Below, piece after piece: positions 1-13,170 of a DNA stretch of 64,000 nucleotides. How positions within the stretch are numbered: position 1 is the stretch's first letter; the number at the start of each line of letters is the position of its first letter. The position numbers and the translations under genes are program-made. Source of the stretch: Eledone cirrhosa (lineage: Eukaryota); contig OZ024740.1 in the NCBI GenBank assembly GCA_964016885.1, forward strand, positions 399,776,001 to 399,840,000, given 5' to 3'. The notes below the pieces were generated by a model that worked only from the letters and a program-made list of their open reading frames with translations, was not told the origin of the DNA and did no database searches.

Positions 1-666
1 CACTCCAGGCCACTCCCCAAATACAAATTGGAAAAACCTTGCAGTAAAGCAAACATCTGGTTATCTCCCCCATTCTTGTTAAATGTAAAAACCGGTATCG
101 GAAAGAAGTTTTTAGCCCTCGTAGATAAACAGCCCTAGGACACAAATAACATTAGATCTTTAACCCTAATGCGGTCAAAATTGGATACTCTGTGCCAGGA
201 ATATGAAATCACGCCCCCTGTATAAACAACAGAGCCTCAAAGTATATGGATGTTCTTGTAAAATATCCTGAGTCATGACCGCTGGATCAACAATGCAGCC
301 CCCCAGCGATAATATACGAAGCTGGTGTCTCCCCATTGAATCAGCGCCACAAAAAGGAATCCGTCAGAGAGCCGGTTTAAAAATCGCTTCCTTAATCACG
401 AAATAACCTTCAGATACCCAAATAAAAGAAACACCACAAATTTGGCGAATAAAATATGACAGCTCAGAGACAAGAACATGGACTTCTTCAACAAATGGAA
501 AATACTAGAAAAATTTCGACCGTATATAAATGGGCTCACGGCGTGCATATTATGCAATGACAAGAAATGGTGGATATTGAACAATCTCCACAACAACAAA
601 CCATTTAATAAGCGTACTGAGTTCTTGCAACGTTCTCACGTTTTTAAGTACCTTTCAAAGAACTGA
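1..666 (+). pseudogene. Penelope-like element remnant (RT-linker and GIY-YIG endonuclease C-terminal region), decayed
   Basis: Frameshifted translation gives LNVKTGIGKKFLALVDK, VKIGYS, FKNRFLNHEITFRY and KWKILEKFRPYINGLTACILCNDKKWWIL..NKRTEF. This matches the typical PLE pattern NVKTNIGxxFL / FKxRyxnH / KWKILxxxxPY..CxLCxxEK..NKRxE. Confidence 0.75.
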
Positions 667-1068
667 CCTCCTTAATATATCTTATATCTTTCTTATTCTA
701 TGATTTTCTTCTAGTTACTTCGTAATTATAAGCTAATGTAGCGTTTGTTCGCGATTTTTTGGTCAAACTGTCTACCTTATTATCAGCCCTTGATTTGGGG
801 CTCTTTTCCCTGTCCATATTTTGAGTAAACATCTTCCGGTTCATTTTCATCGGCACAGTTTGAACATGCTGGTTGCCAGAGGTAACGAAACATACGTACC
901 TGGTATGGCACCATTGTAGTACTTGGCCTTAATGATTATATTCAAACTTGCGCTACAGACTTGAGATCCTCTATAACTTGGATACTTTTATTTACATATC
1001 GTCGGACATCTGCCAGTATCTATATATAGATACTGGCATTGATAAATATGCTGGGTCCGTCAACTCCT

Positions 1069-1128
<60 letters not shown>

Positions 1129-1587
1129 CGTCAGGCAGAGGGGTCGACACGCATGGATATGTACGACAACTTGACCAGAGGTGGCAATAATAGCCGCTAA
1201 ATTGTAGGAAGCCCCCAGCTGTGATCTGACTAAAAACAAACCAACAAGTAAATATGGTGACACACCCTTATGCCAGAATTTGTGGTAGAATATAAGAAGG
1301 AATAGGGATAATATTCAACCACTGTCAGACACGAGTCTACATGTTAAAACATATCTGAGGAGCTTCCGATTCCAGAGTTAGGCTCGATCATTAATATATC
1401 GTTCCTCGAGCTGATCGACACTGAAACATATGTGATATGTAATTAAATATGTATATGATGTAACTCTGATTCTTTCTTTCCTTATATATATTAATACTAT
1501 ATATATATAAATTTTTTTGTATGCGTATATATATTTGTATGTGTATTTGTATATATATATTTGTATATATATATATTTGTATGTATG

Positions 1588-1642
<55 letters not shown>

Positions 1643-2481
1643 GTACAAATATACACATACAAATGCATTCATATATATATGATGCAAGTTATAAAAATAT
1701 ATATGATAAAATTGACAATAGAAAATAATAAAAGAATGAGAAAAATAAAGATAAAGAATGAAACAAATTTATAAATAAAGAAGGAAGTCAAAAAGCTGTG
1801 ACTCTAAGAAGACATCGCTGAAATAATCCCAGTAATCTTTATTCTTAATCTTAGCTTGATATATTCAATCGGATGAAAAGTGGGCAAGGTAAGGTACTGG
1901 TGGTGCGGAGTTCGAATGGTCGTGTTGGTAACAAAACAGTAGTGGTGTTAGTGGTGGAGATGATTATGGTAAGAGCAATATGCGTGCTAGGGGTGGTGTG
2001 AGCGGTGACAAACGTAACAAAAAGAGAGAAAAGACACGGAATTATTGAAGAAACTTTCTAACTAATCAAGATGAATGTAAAGCTTTTGGTGTTTAGATAT
2101 ATTGTCAAAAGAAGAAAAAAGAAAACCCCACAAAAATAAGAAAAATACATACCTCACTTTTAAACCCCACCCGGCAAAACGAGAAGAAGAGATACAAGAT
2201 GCGATGAAGCTAAACTAGACAGGCGATAATCGGTAGGCTAAATAGGAAGATAGAATATTCGAGATCAACGTTTATTATATATCTATTGTTAAGTAACAAA
2301 AAACTCATTAATTATTCTTACTTTAATGTTTTACTCCAGAAGAATAATATGGTGAGGTAGATACAATGTCTGTTAGGAATGTATTGTAGGACATATTAAG
2401 AGGATGTGTGTTTATATGTGTTGATGTGACACACGCACACACACACACATATATACATACATATGTATATATGTTTGTATG

Positions 2482-2513
<32 letters not shown>

Positions 2514-2560
2514 TACATATAACGTATACACATGTATATATATATATATATATATACATA

Positions 2561-2642
<82 letters not shown>

Positions 2643-2822
2643 TATAATCATATATTAGTAGATATACAAATATATAGTTATATATAAGTATATATAGAAG
2701 GATATATATATATACTTATATATAACTATATATATAGAAGGATATATATATATACTTATATATAACTATATATATAGAAGGATATATATATACTTATATA
2801 TAACTATATATTTGTATATCTA

Positions 2823-2880
<58 letters not shown>

Positions 2881-2933
2881 CATATATAAGTAGATATACA
2901 AATATATAGTTATATATAAGTATATATAGAAGG

Positions 2934-3039
<106 letters not shown>

Positions 3040-3328
3040 TATTATATCAAGTGTTAAACTAATATATTTTTCATTGTATTTCTGCTTACTTTTAGCATAC
3101 ATGCACACAGACACACAGATACACACAGCCACACACACAGACAAAGACACACACACATAGATACACACACATACACAGACACACACACACACATATACAC
3201 ATTTATAAACGTAATACGTGTGTGTGTCAACCTCAAGAGTAACACACCCCGCTTTTGAATAAATATGAATGTATGTATGTATGTATGTATGTATGTATGT
3301 ATGTATGTATGTATGTATGTATGTATGT

Positions 3329-3923
3329 CAGGTCACCAGTTGGTGCTACTGGTAACTTGTATCCCAGTACATCCTGTCTCATGGTCGGGTCGTTGGTGAC
3401 TAAACTGGCAACCCCACCAAGGTTTCTTGGTGAGGAGGGTGACTTTGGACATCCTGCAGGACTAAAAACAAAACCTGTCAAAGGGCAAAGGAGCTCTTAA
3501 GAGTCAATGGCCATCCAAAATCACCGGGAGAGATGACCCCTTAGCCTTTGTCAAGGCAGAATTCTAGGAGAAGGAAGACTCTGATATAACACCTGCAACC
3601 CTGATGGTATCCAATGATGTTGACTTGTTCTTCTTTTTGGTAAATATCATCTTGGTTAAGAGAGTGCGACTGGCTTTTTGCAGTGCCTTTGCTCACTATA
3701 AAAGCTTCACGGCACAGGCATTGCTTTATATATGGAGATCTCTCTGCACTTGTCGTCACAAGGTACACTATGTGTCAATAATTGTCACAGGTGTAGTGTT
3801 TGTACCAGAGTTTTCAAGTTGCTGGCTGGACTAAAAAGTCACACTTGTTTAGCGCATCGCTAGGGGTTCTCCTACATGGATATAAAGTAGTGGCCGTACT
3901 CGTAAAACGAGTTGGCAGCCACC
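3329..3923 (+). mobile_element. Non-autonomous RTE-like retroelement, copy 1, between (TATG)n runs
   Basis: Near-identical to 3996-4529 and 29712-30314. Contains an RTE-like 5' motif (ctaggagaaggaagactctga), a C2H2 remnant near the 3' end, a terminal hairpin actcgtaaaacgagt, and then (ATGT)n. Confidence 0.75.
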
Positions 3924-3995
3924 ATGTATGTATGTATGTATGTATGTATGTATGTATGTATGTATGTATGTATGTATGTATGTATGTATGTATGT

Positions 3996-4529
3996 CTCAT
4001 GGTCGGGTCGTTGGCGACTAAACTGGCAACCCCACCAAGGTTTCTTGGTGAGGAGGGTGACTTTGGACATCCTGCAGGACTAAAAAAAAAACCTGTCAAA
4101 GGGCAAACGAGCTCTTAAGAGTCAATAGCCATCCAAAATCACTGGGAGAGATGACCCCTTAGCCTTTGTCAAGGCAGAATTCTAGAAGGAAAACTCTGAT
4201 ATAACACCTGCAACCCTGATGATATCCAATGATGTTGACTTGTTCTTCTTTTTGGTAAATATCATCTTGGTTAAGAGAGTTGGACTGGCTTTGTGCAGTG
4301 CCTTTGCTCACTATAAAAGCTTCACGGCACAGGCATTGCTTTATATCTGGAGATCTCTCTCCACTTGTCGTCACATGGTACCATGGGCCCAGCACTATGT
4401 GTCAATATTTGTCACAAGTGTAGTGTTTGTACCAGAGTTTTCAAGTCGCTGGCTGGACTAAAAAGTCACACTCGTTTAGCGTATGGATATAAAGTAGTGG
4501 CCGTATTCGAAAACGAGTTGGCAGCCACC
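3996..4529 (+). mobile_element. Non-autonomous RTE-like retroelement, copy 2 (5'-truncated), tandem with copy 1
   Basis: Starts about 60 nt into the consensus, directly after (TATG)n. Encodes the remnant CSVCTRVFKSLAGLKSHTR and ends gcagccacc+(ATGT)n. Confidence 0.75.
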
Positions 4530-4592
4530 ATGTATGTATGTATGCATATATGTATGTACGTATGTATGTATGTATGCATATATGTATGTACG

Positions 4593-4626
<34 letters not shown>

Positions 4627-4825
4627 TGTATGTATGTATGTATGTATGTATGTATGAATGTATGTATGTATGTATGCATATATGTATCGGCCTCTCTCTC
4701 TATATATATATATACATATATATCTATATATATATATATGCGTATGTGTGTGTGTGTGTCTATCTATCTGTCTTTGTGTCTGTCAGTGTGTGTGTGTGTG
4801 TCTATGTATCTGTCTCTGTGTCTGT

Positions 4826-4864
<39 letters not shown>

Positions 4865-5122
4865 TATCTATCTGTCTCTGTGTCTGTCAGTGTGTATGTG
4901 TGTGTGTGTCTATCTATCTGTCTCTGTGTCTGTCAGTGTGTGTGTGTGTGTGTGTGTGTGTTTGTGTGTCTATCTATCTATCTCTGTGTCTGTCAGTGTG
5001 TGTGTGTGTGTGTGTCTATCTATCTGTCTCTGTGTCTGTCAGTGTGTGTGTGTGTGTGTGTGTCTATGTATCTGTCTCTGTGTCTGTCAGCGTGTGTGTG
5101 TGTGTCTATGTATCTGTCTCTG

Positions 5123-5177
<55 letters not shown>

Positions 5178-5185
5178 ATATCTAT
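4530..5185. repeat. Compound microsatellite (TATG)n, (TA)n, (TG)n/TCTA units, (TATC)n
   Basis: Direct reading. Ends in a (TATC)n run at about 5123-5177, which precedes Tx1 copy A. Confidence 0.95.
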
Positions 5186-7970
5186 GCCGATAGATATCGA
5201 CTAGATTTTCCGACTGTGCCACTGTGGACGTGGACTAATCCCAGCGGAACATCTAGATCGTACCTAGATAGGGTTCTAGTTAGAAATAAGGATAGGGAGA
5301 TGTTAAGCTGTCCACAAATGTTCATGGTTGCCTATTCAGATGACAAACTAGTGACCTGCATGGTCAACCTTGATAGAACCCATAGACAAAAACCCGGCTA
5401 CTGGAAACTGAACTTGTCGTTACCGACATGCAAAGTCTACAGTAGACGGATTAGCACTTTAGTTAAACAGCACTTGACAGGGGCCATTGTCAACAACAGA
5501 TTGTGGTACTCTCTCAAGAGGGCAGTTAGATTAGACTCGTTAGTTTTTAGTAAAGAATTAGCGTTAGATAGAAATAGAACCGAGAAAGAACTGGTAGATA
5601 AAATAGAAGAGGCAATTAGAAGTGGCAACGTAGCCAGCGTGCTAGCAACGAGAACGGCCTTGGACCAGTTCTTCGACGCAAAGCATGAGGGCTGCGTTGT
5701 CAGAAGCAAAATACGTGCTCTGGGAAACGAGGGAGCCAAAGCTGTTAGCTGGGCCCGAGTGACGGAGGCAAAAATTGGCAACAAGTTAACGATTCGGTCT
5801 TTGAAGGACCAAAACGGACGCGTGATACGTGAGGCGAAGCAGATGTGTGCGGCCTTTCAGAGGCACTTTACTTAGCTGTTCGGGCAGGGCGGCGCGCCGG
5901 GAGGGGCTATGGATTTCGGTCCATACCACGACGGCCTACCGCGACTCTCGGACAGCGAGGCAAAGTTCTGCGAAAAGCCGATTTCAGCCGCTGAGATAGG
6001 GGACGCGCTGAGCCAATGCGGCAAACGCAAATCTCCAGGTCTCGACGGTCTACCCTACGAATTTTACGTAGCAATGCCGTACTTATTCTCCGGTCTCCTG
6101 GAAGCGGTCTACTGCAACTGGCAACAGAACGGGAGAATTCTCAGTTCTGTGACCGGGGGCGTAGTCACACTAGTTAGGAAGGACGAGAATAAGGGGGATG
6201 ACATACGCAACTTCCGCCCCATAACTCTGCTAAACACAGAGTTACAGATTTTGGCCAAGGTGTTGGCAAAGAGGCTGGCACTTGTTGTCGGGAACCTGGT
6301 GGGAGAAGCGCAGACATGCGCAATCCCAACCAGGTCCATACACGACAACCTCCACCTCATGCGATACATCATAGAGAGGGTAGGGTGTAAACCCGGCTTT
6401 GGTGGGGCCCTGATCAACTTGGATCAGTCTAAGGCTTTCGATAGGGTTGACCATCGTTACCTGGATGCGGTGCTCGAGGCGGCAGGCTTCGGACCCGTGT
6501 TCATGGGCTGGATTGCTGCAATGCACAACAGAAACATCTGCTCAAGGGTCAAGGTGAACGGCTACCTCTCGGAGCCGTTCCATATTACGCGATCCATTCG
6601 ACAGGTATGCCCTCTCTCCTCCCTTCTGTACGTACTGACTCTCGAGCCACTACTGCGGAAGTTGGAGACTTTGCAGGGCATCCCTCTGGAACCGGGACTG
6701 CGGAAAGCGGCGTCGGACTACGCCGACGACGTGACAGTGGTGGTGTCGAGCGCCTCGCAAATCGAGGAAGTCGGCACCTTACTGAAGGAATACGAAAGTT
6801 TCACAGGAGCGAAGCTGAACAGGGACAAGTCCATCAGTTTGCAACTCGGATCGTGGAGAGGCAAACGAATGCCTTCCGATGGCGTCGTCGGACACTGGAC
6901 GGAAGGACCGGTAAAGCTGATTGGGTCTGGTTTGGTCCGGACCTCCAGGTGGAGAAGAACTGGACCGAAATGACGGCCAAGGTGTTTGCACTCACCCAGA
7001 AGTGGGCCGAGTGCAAATTATCCTTGAAAGGTCGAGCGGAGGTGGCGAACACTTTTATAGCGTCCGCCATCTACTACCGCTTGACCGTCGTGCCTTATCC
7101 AGCTAAAACGCTCACCAAAATGGAGCGCGCGCGCTTCCAATTCCTTTGGAAGAGGCGGGCTCCTTTGGTGAGAAGATTCATCTGCTGCCAACACCCCTCT
7201 AACGGAGGGCTGCGGATGCCGTGGTTGACGATACGCAAACACGCGCTCAGGCTGCGGCATAATCTACGTATTCCTCACCGGACAACCGGTGTGGGGCCCG
7301 TTCGTGAGGCGAGTCTTCCCACGACTCGTCTCGCTGACCGAGCTGCAGTGCTGGGTCAAGCAAAGACCGAGGAAAATGGGCGACTGGCACATCGAATGTG
7401 CTCAGGCGCTCACAGCCCTCTGGCAGGCGGACCCGGCGATCAGTGGAGACTCCACTTCGTCATTCTATAGAGGGTTGCTCCGCAGCAAGTGCGACGACGC
7501 GCTCGGTGAAACTCTAGGCGTAGAAGAAGATGAACTGGCCAGTCTGTTCGGTAGGACCTTCCGCCCGGGACCGATGGACAACTTCCAAAAGTCCCTGGCC
7601 TGGCAGTGCTACCGAGGAGCTCTACCAGTTCGAGACAAGCTCTACAGACATGGGCGCCCGGGCAGGGACCCTGCAAAAAAGATCTGTCCGAGGTGCGTGC
7701 GTAACGAAGAAACCGTCGCGCACGCATTCATACATTGCCCGGGCATCACTGACCTGTGGGGCTATGTAGAACGACTATTGTCGCGTGTAGAACCAATCCG
7801 GTTGACCACCGAGTCCATTGTCATTATGAAACCGCCACCCTCCTTCAAAAACGAAGGAGAGGCGGTTTTCCTTTGTGTGATAGCTATGGGGAAAGAGGTT
7901 GTATGTTGGACAAGGTTGAAAGGGCTGAGGTCAAACACCTTTCCCTCCGGCCAACAACTGATTCTTTTTT
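5186..7970 (+). mobile_element. Tx1-clade LINE copy A (5'-truncated inside the endonuclease, 3' end lost), ORF2 pseudogene
   Basis: Motifs SYLDR, YWKLN, SPGLDGLP, FRPITLLN, LDQSKAFDRVDH, YADD and CPRC..HAFIHC, with stops and frameshifts. Starts after (TATC)n. Confidence 0.93.
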
Positions 7971-8510
7971 ACAAACACACCGAGCATTATAATAAATGTT
8001 CGGTGAATCCATACATACATATATATATATGGTGCATGTATGCATATATATATATACATACTACGGTACGTCTGTATACATATATGTATGTACGTGTACA
8101 TACTTATATTTAAGTAACAGCCGTACTTTCATTTTTTCCGTTTATTGTTTTTGGTGCACCCGGCCGATTAACCGACTCGATCTGCAACTTGGGCTACTCA
8201 GCCGTTAATATGCATAAGGTAAGTATATACGTTCAACAATCTGGCAGGAAGGTAAACGTTGCTGACGATAGCTAATAAGCTTGAAACTAGTACAGCGTTC
8301 CTTTGTCAGTGTTGAACAAACGAGCAACGATGGTTGCTGGACACTACGGCTTAATACGGGATGTTTGTTTACAAACACACCGAGCATTATAATAAATGTT
8401 CGGTGAATCCATACGTACATATATATATGTGTGCATGTAAGTATATATATATATATATACATACTACTGTACGTCTGTATATATATATGTATGTACGTGT
8501 ATATACTTAT
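7971..8510 (+). repeat. Hammerhead-containing tandem repeat, about 1.3 units, period about 400 bp
   Basis: acaaacacaccgagcattat occurs at 7971 and 8371. Homologous to the units at 10823-11985. Confidence 0.85.
8241..8309 (+). ncRNA. Type I hammerhead ribozyme (predicted)
   Basis: aacgttg-CTGACGA-t-agct-aata-agct-t-GAAA-ctagt-A-cagcgtt: 7-bp stem I, palindromic stem III ACTAGT, GUA cleavage triplet. Stem I is extended by ctggca/tgtcag. Confidence 0.75.
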
Positions 8511-8583
8511 ATATATATATAGAGATATGTGTATATACATATGTATATATATATATTTAAATATGTATATACATACACACCCT

Positions 8584-8705
<122 letters not shown>

Positions 8706-8802
8706 TCTCTCTCTCTATATATTACTCTTTTACCTGTTTCAGCCATCCGGCTGAGGCCATGCTGGGGCACCGCCTCATATATATATATGTATATATATAA
8801 TT

Positions 8803-8871
<69 letters not shown>

Positions 8872-9112
8872 AGTACTGCATATTCTAAGTTCGGGCAGCA
8901 GCTAAGCCAACGAATGCCTTCAGCAGTGCAGCCAAGCACTCAACAAGGTATAGACCTCAGAGTAATAACATACAGTTTAAAGGGCTTTGCAAATTGAAGA
9001 TAGCGACCGCTAATTTAGCCGCGTGATCTGTAGCAACGAAAGAACTGACTAGTGAGAAAAGGATACACACGCACACACACACGCACACACACACACACGC
9101 ACACGCACACGC

Positions 9113-9181
<69 letters not shown>

Positions 9182-9330
9182 AGAATATACATATATATAT
9201 GCTCATATCTGTATATATAACATATCTGGACCGCACTTCGAAATTACTGAATATCTAAGTGAGGTTTCTGTAAATCCGAAATCAACAAAATCCGCTTGTG
9301 ATGTATACAAGTTAGGTTTCTGGAAGATCG

Positions 9331-9379
<49 letters not shown>

Positions 9380-9384
9380 TATAT

Positions 9385-10316
9385 ATAAAATTCATAGGCA
9401 TATATGTATATATTTAGACATATATTTAGACATAGTCACAGATACATATATGAGTTTGGCTACCTTTCACGGTGTGGCTCAATGAAAAATTTAATTAAGC
9501 AAATAATTATTAATCAGAGCTATATATAAAATTGCAAGTTTGAAGAATTATTAGATAAAATATATCCAATCTTTCTTCACCATAGTCCGTAGAAATCAAC
9601 TAGATAAATAATCATTTAAACGGAGCTATAACTTTAAAATGTAACTTAGAAGAAATAATAGACAAATGATACAGACTATTTTCTGCGAGGAACAGTTAGA
9701 TAAAATTTATCTAGTCTTTCCTCTTAACCCGTAGAAATTAACTAGACAAATAATCAATTAAACGGAGCTAAGTCTAAAATATCAGTTAGAAGAAAAAATG
9801 CATATAAACTCTACCAAAATTCCTCTAGTCCCGACTATCGATAGTTTCGCTCGTACTTTGTGGATATGTCCAATTTTGGTATTATCCATGAGGCTTAGAG
9901 ATTAACAAGAGACTTCCTCAAGTTTGGACTAAAATTTTTACAGTGATCGCCACCAGAAATGAATAAAAAAATGCCTAAGAATCATCATGTGGCTAGTGGT
10001 CAAAGTAGAAGGTTGTGAATGGTGGCCAGGTGGCAGGTAGGCTGGCTGCTAGAAAGAGCAGTCAGATACCGCCTAAAGTTTTACTCTACCGAACGGGAGT
10101 ATATATTAAATTCATAGGGATATATGTATATATTTAGACATAGTCACAGATACATATATAATTATTTGCTTAATTACACACCGTGAAAGGTAGCCAAACT
10201 CATATATGTATCTGTGTCTAAATATATGTCTAAATATATACATATATCCCTATGAATTTTATATATACTCCCGTTCGGTAGAGTAAAACTTTAGGCAGTA
10301 TCTGACTGCTCTTTCT
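9385..10316 (-). mobile_element. Penelope-like/retrozyme-like non-coding element with partial tandem and inverted copies
   Basis: 9385-9450 recurs at about 10100-10160. 10053-10160 is inverted at 10200-10316, and 9385-9510 is inverted at 10160-10265. A hammerhead-like motif lies on the minus strand at 9826-9931. Confidence 0.5.
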
Positions 10317-10333
10317 TCAAACTTGCAATTTTA

Positions 10334-10364
<31 letters not shown>

Positions 10365-10784
10365 GGGTTGACGGACCCAGCATATTTCTCAATGCCAGTA
10401 CCGGTTGTATCTCAGCGCACTCAATGGGCAATGTAAGATACATTCCCAGAGTATATACAAAGTTATTTGCCTCAACACAACACACGTAAAACGGGTGCCT
10501 ATAGGGTTCCCGGACTCGAGTTTCTGCCGCACTAATGCAGCAGTAACTGTCTGCATATATTATGCAACAATGCACAATCGGCTTATGCGGCTTCATCAGC
10601 GGGTATCGCCTAATCAATAACCAATCGATCGACAGAATCCAAACATCGGCCCATGCCGGTTATGACTGTTTGTGACAACCGACACGGTAAAGCGATTAGC
10701 AACTGGCAACCGATAGGACTCTATCTCTCAACTAGCTACTGATTTACAAATTTTACGTGGGAACGGGAAGCTAATATATATATA

Positions 10785-10824
<40 letters not shown>

Positions 10825-11008
10825 AGTATGTATACGTACATACATATATGTATACAGCCGTACAGTAGTATGTGTATAAATACATACATGCACACACATA
10901 TATATATATACCGAACATTTATTATAATGCTAGGTTTATTTGTAAACAAACAGCCCGAATTATTAGCCGTACAGTGTTGCGCAGCCATCGTTGCGATTTT
11001 GTTCAACA

Positions 11009-11077
11009 CTGACAAAGGAACGATGAACTAGTTTCTAGCTTATTAGCTGTCATCAGCACCGTATACCTTCCTGTCAG
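11009..11077 (-). ncRNA. Type I hammerhead ribozyme (predicted)
   Basis: Minus strand reads ctgacaggaaggtat-acggtg-CTGATGA-c-agct-aata-agct-a-GAAA-ctagt-T-catcgt-tcctttgtcag. Confidence 0.7.
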
Positions 11078-11232
11078 TTGATTGAACGTTTGAAAGTATA
11101 TACTTTGTTTATGCATATTAACGGCTGAGCAGCCTAATTTGTATATCGAGTGAGTTAGTCGGCCGGGCGTACCGAAAACGATAAATGGAAAAAATGAAAT
11201 TTCATTTCTCACTCGTTCAAACGTTCAATCAA

Positions 11233-11300
11233 CTGACAGGAAGGTATACGGTGCTGATGACAGCTAATAAACTAGAAACTAGTTCATCGTTCTTTGTCAG
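11233..11300 (+). ncRNA. Type I hammerhead ribozyme (predicted; one stem II mismatch)
   Basis: acggtg-CTGATGA-cagctaataaacta-GAAA-ctagt-T-catcgt. Confidence 0.6.
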
Positions 11301-11654
11301 TGTTGAACAAAATTGCAACGATGACTGCCGAACACTGTACGGCTAATAATTCGGGCTGTTTGTTTACAAACAAACCGAGCATTATAATAAATGTTCGGTA
11401 AACCCATACGTACATATATATGTGTGCATGTATGTATGTGTATACATACTACTGTACGTCTGTATACATATATGTATGTACGTATACATACTTATATTTA
11501 AGTATCAGCCGTACTAAGAGTGAGAAATGAAATTTCATTTTTTCCATTTATCGTTTTCGGTACGCCCGGCCGACTAACTTACTCGATATGCAAATTAAGC
11601 TGCTCAGCCGTTAATATGCATAAGGAAAGTATATACTTTCAGACGTTCAATCAA

Positions 11655-11723
11655 CTGACAGGAAAGTATACGGTGCTGATGACAGCTAATAAGCTAGAAA
11701 CTAGTTCATCCTTCCTTTGTAAG
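11655..11723 (+). ncRNA. Type I hammerhead ribozyme (predicted)
   Basis: ggtg-CTGATGA-c-agct-aata-agct-a-GAAA-ctagt-T-catc. Confidence 0.68.
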
Positions 11724-12611
11724 TGTTGAACAACATGGCAACGATGGTTGCCGAACACTGTACGGCTAATAATTCGGGCTGTTTGTTTACAAACAAACCG
11801 AGCATTATAATAAATGTTCGGTAAACCCATACGTACATATATATATATATATATGTGTGCATGTATGTATGTATATACATACTACTGTACGTCTGTATAC
11901 ATATATGTATGTACGTATACATACTTATATTTAAGTATCAGCCGTACTAAGAGTGAGAAATGGAATTTCATTTTTTTCCATTTATATATATATATATATT
12001 ATTCTCCTAGATTTAATAATTAACTAATTAATTTAATTAGACAATTCTGTTGATTGGTTAATTATTTGTGTTTGTTTTATAACATCTAGTTGAGAGCTTA
12101 TCATGATGATTAGCGGAAATTGAAATATTTCCTTTCGCTAGCATTTTGAATGACCCGCCTAAAACCGGGGGTTTTTCCCTTGCCGGAATTAACACGTGAT
12201 AACTATAGATGCGATTAGCAGCCATATCGAGCAGCAACATATAATTTATCACTCCGGTCCTAAGCAGAACGAAAACCTGTTGATAAACTGAATCCTCCGT
12301 TCGATCACCAATACCATGAGCTTGCCACTCACGTAAGTCTGACATCTGATTTCGGATTCAAAGAAACACTTTAAACGATTGTTCGTTTGATTTGTCCAGG
12401 TGTACTTTTCTCAACCTGATTAGTTCTATCGTTACTTTGGTATGTATTGTGTGTTAGTTTCGCCTACCACAATGTTCGATTTGTCAAGCTATTTAAACGT
12501 ATGTTATTACTCTGAGGTCCTATCTTATCGAGTGCTTTGCTAACTCATCATTTCATATAAGTAGGCCGAATTTACTTGCAAACCGCCAGAGATTCGATTT
12601 TACTGATTTCC

Positions 12612-12671
<60 letters not shown>

Positions 12672-12932
12672 GGGACGGGCCCGACGGCTGAAGTTGAAGA
12701 TATACACGTATTTAGTGGCAATTTTACATACTTTACTTAAGAAAAAATGAAAGATAATAAAATGTAACAAGAAACAAAATACTAATTGATGTACTTTTGT
12801 TTTCAAGAGAATAATTATAATGGGTTTAAAGAACAATTTTGTTGTTAGTGTTTCTACACTATAAAACTGTGGTTAATCCTTTATATTGTCTAAACACGAG
12901 ATATGTGTGAGTGTATAATATTTATGTATGTA

Positions 12933-12977
<45 letters not shown>

Positions 12978-13170
12978 CGTATAGTATAGACGTGTATAAC
13001 ATCGGCTCCTGCCTTTTTGAAATTTTACCCATTGACAGTAAGTGTTTGTCTCTTTATTGTGTTGTCTTCGTGCCTTTTAACCACCCGGCTAGGTCTGTAG
13101 ACGGGTGGTCATCGTATTTTTACCCCGTTTGGGGGGTAAAAACTACTCCAACAAATCTTTGCTGACTCAC

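Larger units (their letters stand above)
10823..11985. repeat. Hammerhead-containing ~422-bp repeat: one inverted unit (10823-11214) plus about 1.8 direct units
   Basis: CTGATGA cores at 11254 and 11676 (period 422). A reverse-complement unit lies immediately upstream. Confidence 0.88.

Noticed and set aside
860-905. Hammerhead-like gttgcc-aga-ggtaac-GAAAC-atac-GTA downstream of the Penelope remnant
   Set aside because: No CUGANGA strand or stem I is recognisable; at most a decayed relic.
2640-2830. ~38-bp unit repeated about three times, superficially array-like
   Set aside because: A TA-rich minisatellite with no unique spacers; not a CRISPR array.
3329-3480. Possible HDV-like ribozyme in the 5' leader of the RTE-like element (gg-tcg-ttgg-cga-c-taa-actgg; several hairpins)
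   Set aside because: Known for some RTE 5'UTRs, but I could not assemble a consistent P1/P3/P1.1 nested pseudoknot, and the diverged copy lacks the putative catalytic C. It needs a descriptor search.
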